A stretch of DNA of 64,000 nt from Gammaproteobacteria bacterium (GCA_965243395.1 CBDEUS010000001.1:992001-1056000); one strand, 5' to 3'; shown: positions 21,428 through 31,737, counted from the first letter of the stretch. Numbers and translations: made by a program. The notes: a model not told the origin generated them from the letters alone.

Positions 21428-22945
21428 ATGAAGAACGATAATAAATCGGATCAACCTGCTAAGGACAGCTCTATTGAAGAATCAACAGGAAATGTTGGTC
21501 CAAAAATTTCCCGGCGTACTTTTCTGAAAGGTTCCGCAGCAGCATCTGCAGGTGCTGTGGCGCCAATGTATCTAGCTGGTGTCAGCAAATCTTTTGCTGC
21601 AAAAGGTGGACCAGTAAAAATTGGTCATATTGAAGACTTATCAGGAAACCTAGCTGTATACGGTGTGCAAAAGGACCATGCTGCACAACTAGCAGTAAAA
21701 GAAATTAATGCAGGTCTTACATTAAAAGGTGGTCCCGTAGGTTCGGGTGGATTGGGATCTATGGCGAATTTTGCTTTAAACCCTCCAGTAATGGGTCATG
21801 GCAAAGGAGACCATAAAGTTGTTGATGATGGAGGCAAACGATCCGGGGCTGGAATGGCGTTTGTTGAAGATGAAGATGTTCTTGTTGAATCTGGTGATTC
21901 CGGAATACTTGGTCGTGAAGTGGAATTAATTCATCCCGACGGACAATCTAATAATAATATTTGGCAACAACTCACACGCAAACTAATCCAGGAAGATAAA
22001 GTTGATTTACTTGTTGCAGGATTTACAAGTGCTGAACGTGAAGCCATTAGACCGATTGTAGATCAGTTTAAACAGCTTTATATCTACACTAACCAGTATG
22101 AAGGTGGTGTTGCAGATTCCAATACATTTTGTACAGGCGCGATTTGTGAACAACAAGTAATTCCTGTAGTGGATTATATGATTCAAAAATTTGGACCACG
22201 TGTGTACACCATTGCTGCTGATTATAACTTCGGACAATTAACTGCTGCTTGGACACGTGCATTTGCTCCTGTTGTAGGCGGAGAAATAATTGGAGAAGAG
22301 TTTGTTCCTCTAAGTGTTTCAGACTTCACAACTTCGATTGCAAAAGTTCAAGCCGCCAAGCCAGACTGGGTATTTACTTTGCTTGTTGGAACTAATCAAT
22401 CTAACTATTACCCACAAGCGGCAGCTGCAGGTCTTGAATATCCTATGGCATCTACTGTGAATATGGCTCAAGGCTACGAACATCGTCGCTTCAAGGCACC
22501 ATCGTTAAATCGCATGTACAACTGTGTAAATTACATAGAAGAAATTCCAACAATACGAAATCGTACATTTGTAAAACGTTGGTATGAGATGTTTCCAGAA
22601 GATCCCTATATAGGTCAGATGGCTCAAAACACTTACTTCTCAATTCATATGTATGCTAAAGCAGTAAGACTTGCTGGCACTACTGATCAAGAAGAAGTTA
22701 AGCGTGCATTTGAATCTGGGCTACATCTTGAGGCACCTGAAGGAACTGTGTTTATGGAACCTTCAACACACCACTGCTCACATTACATCCGCTTGGCAAC
22801 TGCTGATGCAGATCATAATGTTAGCTTTGTGCGTGAATGGCCAAGCATACAACCATGGTGGTTACAAAGGATTGGAGTAAATCTTGTTCGGCATAAAGAA
22901 TATAAACAATATATTCCGGATGAAGATCCTTTTTTTAAAGCATAA
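21428..22945 (+). CDS. Urea/short-chain amide ABC substrate-binding protein (UrtA/AmiC/FmdD-like), Tat signal
   Basis: SRRTFLK; TSAEREAIRP, YTNQYEGG, AADYNFG motifs. Confidence 0.88.
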   Translation: MKNDNKSDQPAKDSSIEESTGNVGPKISRRTFLKGSAAASAGAVAPMYLAGVSKSFAAKGGPVKIGHIEDLSGNLAVYGVQKDHAAQLAVKEINAGLTLKGGPVGSGGLGSMANFALNPPVMGHGKGDHKVVDDGGKRSGAGMAFVEDEDVLVESGDSGILGREVELIHPDGQSNNNIWQQLTRKLIQEDKVDLLVAGFTSAEREAIRPIVDQFKQLYIYTNQYEGGVADSNTFCTGAICEQQVIPVVDYMIQKFGPRVYTIAADYNFGQLTAAWTRAFAPVVGGEIIGEEFVPLSVSDFTTSIAKVQAAKPDWVFTLLVGTNQSNYYPQAAAAGLEYPMASTVNMAQGYEHRRFKAPSLNRMYNCVNYIEEIPTIRNRTFVKRWYEMFPEDPYIGQMAQNTYFSIHMYAKAVRLAGTTDQEEVKRAFESGLHLEAPEGTVFMEPSTHHCSHYIRLATADADHNVSFVREWPSIQPWWLQRIGVNLVRHKEYKQYIPDEDPFFKA

Positions 22946-22965
22946 CAAATAACAATAAATGACAT

Positions 22966-22991
22966 GTGCCAACCAATAATTTGGTTGGCAC
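22966..22991 (+). other. Intercistronic hairpin after the binding-protein gene
   Basis: gtgccaaccaa-taat-ttggttggcac; typical mRNA stabiliser or partial terminator in ABC operons. Confidence 0.7.
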
Positions 22992-23018
22992 TTTAAGTCA
23001 ATTAGCAACGGAATAGCA

Positions 23019-23930
23019 TTGTCTATGGAACTCGATGCTCTTGCACTAAGTTTAATTTATCAATTTGGTACTAATGCTGCTTATCTATTTTTAGTTGCAT
23101 TAGGACTTATCATCATTCTGGGCATGATGAATATCATTAATCTTGCTCATGGCGAACTAATGATGATGGGCGCATATGTTGCCACCATTGCGGTTAATAA
23201 TTTTGGAATTCCCTTTTTTGTATCCGTTGTTTTAAGTTTTTTTGTTGTTGCAATTTTTGGAGCAATTCTAGAACTACTCGTTGTTCGGCGATTTTATGGG
23301 CGTGAGCTTGGTGCTCTTGTTGTCACATGGGGTATCAGTCTTATATTAGGTCAAGGCACGTTACTGATATTTGAAAAACCATTTATGCCAGCAATTAAAA
23401 TTCCTGGTGGTTCGTATACATATGGTGATTTTACTTTTTCTGAATATTGGTTAGTTCTTATAGGTATCAGTGTAGCTTTAATCATAGGCCTGTACTGGAT
23501 ATATCACTATACAAGCTATGGTCTACAAGCCCGTGCGACTATGCAAAATGCAGAAATGGCAAAAGCGTTGGGTGTTCCCACGGGTCGTGTATATACGCTT
23601 ACTTTTAGCTTAGGTGCTGGACTTGCAGGCTTGAGTGGTGCGTTATTAGCACCTACAGCCACAATTGCACCTTTTATGGGTCAAAACTTTGTGGCACCTG
23701 CTTTCATAACAGTAGTAGTTGGGGGTGCCACAAATGTAATTAGCGGTGCTGTCGGAAGCAGTGTCTTGCTATCTGCAATTAAAACACCAACCGGTTTTGC
23801 ATTTGGCGCATTTCTAGGCACTGTTGCTATGTTAGTAGCAGCACTCATTATCATTCGTATCATGCCAGATGGAATTTCTGCCACCATACAGAAGTTTATG
23901 GATCGATATCGCTCTCGTCATACGTCATGA
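23019..23930 (+). CDS. Amide/urea ABC permease (UrtB/LivH-like)
   Basis: INLAHGELMMMGAY, GLQARATMQN, FITVVVGG. Confidence 0.9.
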   Translation: MSMELDALALSLIYQFGTNAAYLFLVALGLIIILGMMNIINLAHGELMMMGAYVATIAVNNFGIPFFVSVVLSFFVVAIFGAILELLVVRRFYGRELGALVVTWGISLILGQGTLLIFEKPFMPAIKIPGGSYTYGDFTFSEYWLVLIGISVALIIGLYWIYHYTSYGLQARATMQNAEMAKALGVPTGRVYTLTFSLGAGLAGLSGALLAPTATIAPFMGQNFVAPAFITVVVGGATNVISGAVGSSVLLSAIKTPTGFAFGAFLGTVAMLVAALIIIRIMPDGISATIQKFMDRYRSRHTS

Positions 23931-24967
23931 GTAGGAAGTTTATACATTTAATAGGTGGAGATTCTGATATAGGATCTTCTACAACTTTCTGGATTGGATT
24001 TGTAATTGTTGTCATATTATTTGCACTTTACCCAACTCAAGTTTCAGAATTTCGTGCATCCAATGTTGCATACTATCTATTAAATATTCCTCTCGGTCTT
24101 AGTATGGCACTGCTGTGGGGTTATTGTGGTGTTTTGAGCTTTGGTCACGTCGCTTATTTTGGTATTGCCGGTTACACCTATGGAATTATTGCAGGAAATA
24201 TGACTGGAAATTCTTTTGGGCCAATTTTAGGTGTGCTTGGAGGAATAACAGCAAGTATCTTGGTGGCTGGTGTATTTGCATACTTTGTGTTTTATGCACG
24301 TGTACGTGAATGGATCATCCCCATCCTAACTCTTGTGTTAACACTACTTCTTGAAACTTTTCTTGCACAAACAGCTGGCTACCAGTGGCGTGTAGGTTCT
24401 GTTTTGCTGGGTGGTTATAACGGGATGACAGGCATCCCTTCTTTCCAAATTGGTAGCTTTATCTTTATAGGAAATTCCTTCTATTACTTTTGCATGGGAA
24501 TCGTATTAGTTTGCTACGTGGGACTTCGCATGCTTTTAAATTCAAATTTTGGGCAAGTCGTAATTGCTATTCGAGAAGATCCTATTCGCACAGAATTGTT
24601 AGGCTATGACATTCGAGCAAGACAATGGATTATTTTTGTTTTATCAGCCGTATTAGCTTCAATAAGCGGTTTGCTTTATGTTCAGTGGGGAAATTACATA
24701 ACACCTAGCCAAGTCGGATTATTATCTGCAGCACTTCCGATTATTTGGGCTGCTGTAGGTGGGCGCACTAGCTTACTAGCAGTAGTTATTGCAACTATTA
24801 TATTAAATTGGATTACATTTACCCTATCAGCACAAGGTAATCAATATGCAATGGTAATCATAGGCGCAGCTCTTGTAATTACAATGCTATTTTTCCCAAG
24901 GGGAATCGTAATTATTATTGCAGAGTGGATTGGTAAATTTACAAATCGTTCTAAATCAATCAAATAA
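23927..24967 (+). CDS. Amide/urea ABC permease (UrtC/LivM-like)
   Basis: LWGYCGVLSFGH, AIRED..R...LGY, WAAVGGR. Confidence 0.9.
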   Translation: MSRKFIHLIGGDSDIGSSTTFWIGFVIVVILFALYPTQVSEFRASNVAYYLLNIPLGLSMALLWGYCGVLSFGHVAYFGIAGYTYGIIAGNMTGNSFGPILGVLGGITASILVAGVFAYFVFYARVREWIIPILTLVLTLLLETFLAQTAGYQWRVGSVLLGGYNGMTGIPSFQIGSFIFIGNSFYYFCMGIVLVCYVGLRMLLNSNFGQVVIAIREDPIRTELLGYDIRARQWIIFVLSAVLASISGLLYVQWGNYITPSQVGLLSAALPIIWAAVGGRTSLLAVVIATIILNWITFTLSAQGNQYAMVIIGAALVITMLFFPRGIVIIIAEWIGKFTNRSKSIK

Positions 24968-24975
24968 TCATCAGC

Positions 24976-25710
24976 ATGAATAACTCAATTGCAATCGAAA
25001 CACAAAAAGTTAATAAACGATTCGGGGGCGTAGTTGCTGCGAGTGATGTGGATTTTAAAATTAAAGCTGGTGAGTTACGTTGTATTATTGGTCCCAACGG
25101 CGCAGGTAAATCAACATTATTTGCTCTTCTCTGCGGTATCCAACGTGCAGATAGCGGAAAAATATTAATTCACGGGCAAGATGTTACACATTTTCAACCT
25201 TTTAAGAGAATTCGGCTAGGTATTGGGTTAACTTTTCAAACAACTCGAGCGTATCAAGAACTTAGTGTTAAACAAAACCTTGAAATTCCAAACCCAAATT
25301 TAATTGAAAATAGAGATTCAAACCAAAAAGGTAAAGAACGTCTTGAAATCGCGCTTGAAGGATTTGGCTTAGATCCAAATGATGAGACTTACGCGAGCGA
25401 ATTACCACATCACAAATTGCACTGGCTTGCAATCTCGATGGTTTTAGCAAGTTACCCAGACACAGTACTTATAGATGAACCAACAGCGGGAATGTCTCGT
25501 AACGAGACAGATCGTACTGCGGAAGTTTTTAAACAGCTAAACAAAAATGGATTAACCATTGTAGTTGTTGAACATGATATGCACTTTGTTAAAAGTGTTG
25601 CAGAAAAAGTTACAGTATTACATCAAGGGCGTATTTTTATGGAGGGTAACGTTGCAGATGTAACTACAAATGAAGATGTGAAAAAAATATATCTTGGTCA
25701 TACACACTAA
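24976..25710 (+). CDS. ABC ATPase (UrtD/LivG-like)
   Basis: GPNGAGKST, DEPTAGM, VEHDM, YLG. Confidence 0.92.
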   Translation: MNNSIAIETQKVNKRFGGVVAASDVDFKIKAGELRCIIGPNGAGKSTLFALLCGIQRADSGKILIHGQDVTHFQPFKRIRLGIGLTFQTTRAYQELSVKQNLEIPNPNLIENRDSNQKGKERLEIALEGFGLDPNDETYASELPHHKLHWLAISMVLASYPDTVLIDEPTAGMSRNETDRTAEVFKQLNKNGLTIVVVEHDMHFVKSVAEKVTVLHQGRIFMEGNVADVTTNEDVKKIYLGHTH

Positions 25711-25715
25711 TTAAT

Positions 25716-26420
25716 ATGAGTATTTTAAACGTAAAAAATATAACTTCTGGTTACCAAAGTGCAGATGTTTTAAGAGGTGTAAGTATTACAATTACAGAAG
25801 GTGAAATCGTATCGATCATTGGCCGCAATGGAGTTGGTAAAACTACTTTAGTGCGCACTGTCATGGGTTTGTTACCCGCACGTGCAGGTCAAATTGAATT
25901 CAACGGAAAAAATATAACTACTGATTCCGCTGATCATCGTGCAAGACAAGGTATTGGTTATGTCCCACAAGGGCGGGAAATTTTTCCTGAACTTACTGTA
26001 CAAGAAAACTTAAAAATGGGTGGGTTTGTAGGAACAAAAGAAAATAAACTTAATTTTGAATTAGTTTTTAAATATTTCCCTATCTTGAAAGAACGATTAA
26101 GCCAGAGAGGCGGAACCTTAAGTGGCGGACAACAAGAAATGCTCGCGATTGCACGCGCATTAATTAAGCAGCCTAAGCTTTTGATATTAGACGAACCAAG
26201 TGATGGTGTGCAACCAAGTATAATTGAAGAAATCGGACAATTTCTTTTGAAGCTAAAAGAATCAAGTATTTTCTCTGTGTTACTTGTAGAGCAGAATTTT
26301 GATTTACTTCAAACCGTATCTGACCGAGCGTATGCCATGGAAAAAGGTGTCGTAGCTAGTCAATTAAGCTCTGAAGATTTAAGTAATGATGAAATACTTA
26401 TCACTCACATTGCAGTTTGA
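25716..26420 (+). CDS. ABC ATPase (UrtE/LivF-like)
   Basis: GRNGVGKTT, VPQGREIF, LSGGQQ, LDEPSDGVQP. Confidence 0.92.
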   Translation: MSILNVKNITSGYQSADVLRGVSITITEGEIVSIIGRNGVGKTTLVRTVMGLLPARAGQIEFNGKNITTDSADHRARQGIGYVPQGREIFPELTVQENLKMGGFVGTKENKLNFELVFKYFPILKERLSQRGGTLSGGQQEMLAIARALIKQPKLLILDEPSDGVQPSIIEEIGQFLLKLKESSIFSVLLVEQNFDLLQTVSDRAYAMEKGVVASQLSSEDLSNDEILITHIAV

Positions 26421-26469
26421 AAAATAACTTATTAAATAATGAAATAAAATAAATCGCGAGGTAAATGCT

Positions 26470-27483
26470 ATGGAGATGATTATTAGACAATATCCAAACG
26501 ATTGGGTAGAAAATTCAATCATGTATCAACGTGGTGTTGGTAAAGGTTCAAGTGGTGTTACACACAATTTAACCGAAGAACTACAAGGAACCTATATATA
26601 TACAATGGGACCTTACTCTGATCCTGTTTTACACATTAAACCTGGTGATCAAGTAGTAGTAGAAACAAAAGATGCGTTTGAAGGAGCAATTCAATCGGAA
26701 AGTGATAAACCATCGGAATTATTAAAAATGCCTTTTTTAAATCCACAAGCTGGACCTATTATGATTGAAGGTGCTGAACCGGGTGACGCAGTAGCCGTAC
26801 ATATTGAATCGATGGAACCGCGTGGACCAAAACCTCAAGGTACTTGCTGCATGATTAAAGAATTTGGTGCACTAACAGGAACATATTACACAGCTACACT
26901 TAATGAACCATTACCGGAAAAAGTTCGCAAAATCGACATAGACGAAAATAATGTATATTGGAGCGATAAAGTTACTCTTCCCTATCGACCACATATTGGC
27001 ACACTTTCACTGTCACCAGAAATCGATTCCATTAATTCTCTAACACCGGATAATCATGGTGGCAATATGGATCTACCCGATATGGGACCAGGTACCATTA
27101 CCTATCTGCCAGTACGGTCACCTGGTGGAAGACTTTTCATAGGTGATGCACATGCATGCCAAGGTGATGGTGAAGTATGTGGTGTAGCCGTTGAATATCC
27201 AACAGTAACCACCATAACGGTAGACCTAATAAAAGGATATTCTATTGAATGGCCGAGACTTGAAGCTGATGATTTCATTATGGGAATTGGTAGTACTCGA
27301 CCTTTAGAAGACGCTACAAGAATTGCTTATCGCGAATTAATATATTGGATGGAAAATGAATATAACTTTGATCGCTGGGATGCCTATATGATGTTAAGTC
27401 AATGCGGAAAAGTTCGATTAGGCAATTTTGTAGATCCTAAATATACAGTTGGTGCTGCACTACCTAAAAAATACTTAACTTAA
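26470..27483 (+). CDS. Acetamidase/formamidase family protein
   Basis: NPQAGPI, HGGNMD, GDAHACQGDGEVCGVAVE. Confidence 0.92.
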   Translation: MEMIIRQYPNDWVENSIMYQRGVGKGSSGVTHNLTEELQGTYIYTMGPYSDPVLHIKPGDQVVVETKDAFEGAIQSESDKPSELLKMPFLNPQAGPIMIEGAEPGDAVAVHIESMEPRGPKPQGTCCMIKEFGALTGTYYTATLNEPLPEKVRKIDIDENNVYWSDKVTLPYRPHIGTLSLSPEIDSINSLTPDNHGGNMDLPDMGPGTITYLPVRSPGGRLFIGDAHACQGDGEVCGVAVEYPTVTTITVDLIKGYSIEWPRLEADDFIMGIGSTRPLEDATRIAYRELIYWMENEYNFDRWDAYMMLSQCGKVRLGNFVDPKYTVGAALPKKYLT

Positions 27484-28658
27484 TTAATTAGTAACATTTG
27501 TGGACTCAGTTGATCTAACGTTGTACAACCAAGTTGACCCAACGCTCTATCTATCTCAGTAGTTAATATAGATAGAGCGTGATTCACTCCATCATGACCA
27601 CCTGCAGCTAGTCCAAATAAAGTTGCACGTCCAATCATAACTGCATGTGCTCCTAAAGCCATTGCTTTTAACACATCCGTACCTCGCTGAAATCCACCAT
27701 CAATAATGATTGTAATCTTATCCCCTACTGCCTCAACAATTTCAGGTAAAACTTCAATCGTTGATACACAACTATCCAATTGTCTCCCTCCATGATTACT
27801 AATAATAATTCCATCACAACCTAGTTCCACAGCACGAAGAGCATCCGCAGAATTTAATATCCCCTTTAAAATTAACTTTCTTGGCCATTTTTCACGCAAC
27901 CATGCAACATCATTCCATGAAATTTCTGGTGCAAATAATTTTGGAAAAATTGCCACGCCACCTTTTGCAGTTTTTGCTTCAGGTGGCATGAAATTGACTA
28001 TATTTTCAAAGCGAGGCACTCCATGTGGAACTAACACATCAAATATCCATCGAGGATGACATGCCACATCTATCATATTACGTAAATTGAGTTTTGCAGG
28101 GGCTCTATAATTTCGCTTGTCCCATTCACGGTTTCCAAATATGTTTGCGTCCGTTGTAAATACTAATGCTTCATAATTTGCCTTTTCGGCGCGCTGCAAA
28201 ATATTACGAGTGATCTCTCGATCAGTCATAATATAAAGTTGCATCCACAATCTATTATCCACCTCGCTGGCAACTTCTTCCAAACTTACATTCGAGACTG
28301 TACTTAAACAAAAAGGTATATTATTTTTTTTGGCGGCTGACGCGAGCGCGATATCTGCACGGTGATGAAGCATGCCATTTAACCCAGTAGGGGCAATTAT
28401 TAATGGTGATTGAGACTCTTCGTCAAATAAGGTAATACGTTGATGCCTTATACTCGTATCAACTAATGTATTAGGCCTGAAACGAATTTTTCTAAGTGAT
28501 TCTCGATTCCAATTTAATGAATTTTCTTCTTCGGCCCCACCAACTACATACTCTAGTGCAAAATTTGGTATTCGTTTACGTGCAACCTCATAGAGTTCAT
28601 CTATTGAGACAGCTTTTCTAAAATCCTTCCCTGAATAAAACTTACGTTTAAGAGGCAT
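27480..28658 (-). CDS. FMN-dependent alpha-hydroxy-acid dehydrogenase (LldD/MdlB family)
   Basis: APTG, WMQLY, TTD...GNRE.D, ILKG, SNHGGRQ, DGG. Confidence 0.93.
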   Translation of the reverse strand: MPLKRKFYSGKDFRKAVSIDELYEVARKRIPNFALEYVVGGAEEENSLNWNRESLRKIRFRPNTLVDTSIRHQRITLFDEESQSPLIIAPTGLNGMLHHRADIALASAAKKNNIPFCLSTVSNVSLEEVASEVDNRLWMQLYIMTDREITRNILQRAEKANYEALVFTTDANIFGNREWDKRNYRAPAKLNLRNMIDVACHPRWIFDVLVPHGVPRFENIVNFMPPEAKTAKGGVAIFPKLFAPEISWNDVAWLREKWPRKLILKGILNSADALRAVELGCDGIIISNHGGRQLDSCVSTIEVLPEIVEAVGDKITIIIDGGFQRGTDVLKAMALGAHAVMIGRATLFGLAAGGHDGVNHALSILTTEIDRALGQLGCTTLDQLSPQMLLIN

Positions 28659-28870
28659 TAGAATGAGTCGTCAATTAATCTACAGTTAATATGACGCGTT
28701 TTGCCTAAATTATCTATATGGAAATTATTGAGGTAATTCAACAAGATATAGTACTTAGCCATGTATAGGGTCGTCTATCGCCTCTAACGTACTTCATAAT
28801 CTAAAATATCCTACTTTGACAAATCCTTCAGATATATTGAGGCTAAGCTCTGTTAAACCAGGAAAATCAC

Positions 28871-29272
28871 ATGAAAGAATCTCCAATTAATTATATTGCT
28901 TTATTGCTTGTAATCATAATTGGAGTTATTGCTGGAAATCTAATTTCTAACTGGATAACAGCTAATTTTATTGAAATTGAAGTTCAAACCACTAATGTCG
29001 AGATCTCTAAAGAAGCTACAAAACAAACTGAAAAAGTAGAACAAAAAGTCAATAAACAACAGGAAACACCAAAAATTCAAGAAATTACTAACCAAGAGTA
29101 TTTAATGAAACAAAGAGAACTGGATGATATTGGCATGCGTCTAGCAAAAAATTGCAGTGAATGGCAAATCGCACATGAAGATATGCAAACACAAACAAGT
29201 GAGAGAGGCATGAAAAAACACTGCGATGAGTATAAAAGCTATATAGAAACAGGCGTACTATCAGATAATTAA
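28871..29272 (+). CDS. Hypothetical membrane-anchored protein
   Basis: N-terminal TM, charged linker, C-terminal helical domain with two Cys; RBS cagga. Confidence 0.75.
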   Translation: MKESPINYIALLLVIIIGVIAGNLISNWITANFIEIEVQTTNVEISKEATKQTEKVEQKVNKQQETPKIQEITNQEYLMKQRELDDIGMRLAKNCSEWQIAHEDMQTQTSERGMKKHCDEYKSYIETGVLSDN

Positions 29273-29291
29273 AAATTTCCGATTAGCTTTA

Positions 29292-29573
29292 TTAATCCCC
29301 CGGTTTCCAGATCCCAAAAGCTTCGCCTCTAGGCTGCATAGTTTGTTGACGTTGACGCGTAATGTCATCAAAGACGTATTTTGAAAATGCATTCAGTTCA
29401 TTCATGATTTCATTTTTCTCACCAGTCGGCAAATCATGATTTCCTACAATGAATCCAATTATGGCTGCTAAATATTGCCCCGCTAATAACGGGTTTCTCG
29501 CACGATCATCTTCTTCAACCAATACTTTTTCGATGTTCTCGATGAGTTCTCTTGAGAGTTTTAACTGGTCCAT
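29292..29573 (-). CDS. Hypothetical protein
   Basis: 93 aa, abuts the rarA stop codon, ends AFGIWKPGD. Confidence 0.75.
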   Translation of the reverse strand: MDQLKLSRELIENIEKVLVEEDDRARNPLLAGQYLAAIIGFIVGNHDLPTGEKNEIMNELNAFSKYVFDDITRQRQQTMQPRGEAFGIWKPGD

Positions 29574-30914
29574 TTATTCCTCATTTTTTTTTCGTAGTTG
29601 ATCTAAATGCTGTTTAATTTTTAACTCTAAACCCCGGTCTACAGGCTGGTAATATTGCCGCCCTTGCAACTCTTCAGGTAAGTATACTTCTCCAGCTGCA
29701 AAAGCATCTTCTTCATCGTGCGCATATCGATACCCTTCCCCATAGCCGATCTCTTTCATAAACTTAGTAGGCGCATTGCGTAAATGCATGGGGACCTCTA
29801 AAGTGCCAAATTCTCTCGCATCATACATAGCTGTTTTATAGGCAGTATACACAGCATTACTTTTTGGTACACAACTCAGATAAACGATTGCATGAGCTAT
29901 TGCGAGCTCTCCTTCAGGCGAACCTAAACGCTCATAGGTATTCCATGCGTCCAATGTAATTTGCAACCCTCGTGGATCCGCATTACCAATGTCTTCGCTT
30001 GCCATTCGCACTACTCTTCGCGCGATATAATGTGGGTCACAACCTCCATCAATCATACGACAAAACCAATATAGCGCTGCATCAGGATCTGAGCCTCGAA
30101 CTGATTTATGTAAGGCAGAAATTTGATCGTAAAAATACTCACCCTGCTTATCAAATCTGCGCATGGTTTGAGAAGTAACTTCTTGAATAATCTCTTTGGT
30201 AATTACTTTATTTTGAGACTCGCCATCTATTAAATCGACCGCAATTTCCAAGAAATTGAGTGCTCGTCGTGCATCGCCATCAGCAGACAACGCTAATAGC
30301 TCTTTGGCATCATGTTCAATTGAGTCTACTTGTTTAGCTAAACCAGATTTGCTGTCTTGAAAAACATGATCAATACATTCTTGAATATCTTCTATTGTTA
30401 AGCGTTTTAAAATGTAAGTACGAGCTCTTGACAACAATGCATTGTTCAATTCAAAAGAAGGATTTTCAGTTGTTGCTCCAATAAAATATATCGTGCCATC
30501 TTCAATATGTGGCAAAAACGCATCTTGCTGAGATTTATTAAACCGATGTACTTCATCTACAAATAAAACTGTTTGAGCCTGATGACCTTGGTTATATACT
30601 TTTGCTTGATCGATTGCTTGGCGAATTTCTTTTACACCAGATAACACGGCTGAGATCGGTATAAACTGCGCTTCAGAAGTTTTAGAAATAATACGTGCTA
30701 AAGTGGTTTTGCCTGTGCCCGGTGGCCCCCAGAAAATCATTGAATGTAACTTCCCTTGCTCAATAGCCACTCTTAAAGGTTTGTCTTTGGCCAGTAAATG
30801 GCTTTGTCCAACAAATGAATCTAATGTTTGTGGGCGCATCCTATCCGCAAGCGGACGATAATGATTATCTACTTGTTCGAATAAGTCAGGTGAGTTTAGT
30901 ACTGAATTAGAAAT
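29574..30914 (-). CDS. rarA: Replication-associated recombination protein A (MgsA); probable ATT start at 30914
   Basis: WGPPGTGKTT, DEVHRF, ISALHKSVRGSD, ASEDIGNAD; the conserved PLADRMRP motif extends upstream of the tracked ATG 30839. Confidence 0.95.
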   Translation of the reverse strand: MSNSVLNSPDLFEQVDNHYRPLADRMRPQTLDSFVGQSHLLAKDKPLRVAIEQGKLHSMIFWGPPGTGKTTLARIISKTSEAQFIPISAVLSGVKEIRQAIDQAKVYNQGHQAQTVLFVDEVHRFNKSQQDAFLPHIEDGTIYFIGATTENPSFELNNALLSRARTYILKRLTIEDIQECIDHVFQDSKSGLAKQVDSIEHDAKELLALSADGDARRALNFLEIAVDLIDGESQNKVITKEIIQEVTSQTMRRFDKQGEYFYDQISALHKSVRGSDPDAALYWFCRMIDGGCDPHYIARRVVRMASEDIGNADPRGLQITLDAWNTYERLGSPEGELAIAHAIVYLSCVPKSNAVYTAYKTAMYDAREFGTLEVPMHLRNAPTKFMKEIGYGEGYRYAHDEEDAFAAGEVYLPEELQGRQYYQPVDRGLELKIKQHLDQLRKKNEE

Positions 30915-30984
30915 TTTGTATTCCTAGAGTAAGTGCATCTAGGTAATTATTATATATTTTAATCGTGAATGACTAGGCTTTTAG

Positions 30985-31608
30985 TTATTCCGCGCCTGGA
31001 TAGCCTACAACATCAACACCTTCTGCCGCTACAAACTTAAACTGATCAGCAGAAAATGAGATATTCGTTTGCAAATCTAAAAACTCAATTACGGTTTTTT
31101 GCGAAAAATGATCATGTAATTCCATTTTCTTAACACCGTTATTATCTAGTCCAATTTGAATTTTATGAAACTCGGTATCTTGAACTAAAGGTGTAAGCTC
31201 TACCCAATCTAAATTTTCTCGATTACCACCCTCAATAATTTCAAAGTCTTCTGCAAGCGGACGAATATCCGTTAATAACATAATCGGTGCATTACCTAAT
31301 GCAGAATCAATTGGCTTGGCACTAGCTTGAAGTAATTCTTCATCATATATCCATAGGTATTCACCATCTGCCAAAATTAATTGCGGATACGGTTGTGTAT
31401 ATTGCCACCGGAAGCGTCCTGGTTTGTGCAGTGCAACATCTCCTTGTGACTCCTGCATAACTTCACCATTTTCATCATACACAACCTGTGAAAATTGCCC
31501 TTTAAAGGAATTAACTTCTGCAAAGAATTTATCCAGACGCTGAATAGCATCACTACCAAAAACAGGTAACGAAAAAAATAAGAGTACTAAAAGCAATCCA
31601 TGTTTCAT
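30985..31608 (-). CDS. lolA: Outer-membrane lipoprotein chaperone LolA
   Basis: Signal peptide, KPGRFRWQY..PY.QLI.ADG; ftsK-lolA-rarA order. Confidence 0.94.
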   Translation of the reverse strand: MKHGLLLVLLFFSLPVFGSDAIQRLDKFFAEVNSFKGQFSQVVYDENGEVMQESQGDVALHKPGRFRWQYTQPYPQLILADGEYLWIYDEELLQASAKPIDSALGNAPIMLLTDIRPLAEDFEIIEGGNRENLDWVELTPLVQDTEFHKIQIGLDNNGVKKMELHDHFSQKTVIEFLDLQTNISFSADQFKFVAAEGVDVVGYPGAE

Positions 31609-31737
31609 GATGAATGTTAGAGATATTTCTCTATTGTAGATTTATATCCAATTTACTTGATTATGCTAATTAGACCAGAATCTGATACAAATGATTCAGT
31701 AAATCAATAAAAAACTAATGAAGAAATAATGAACTAT

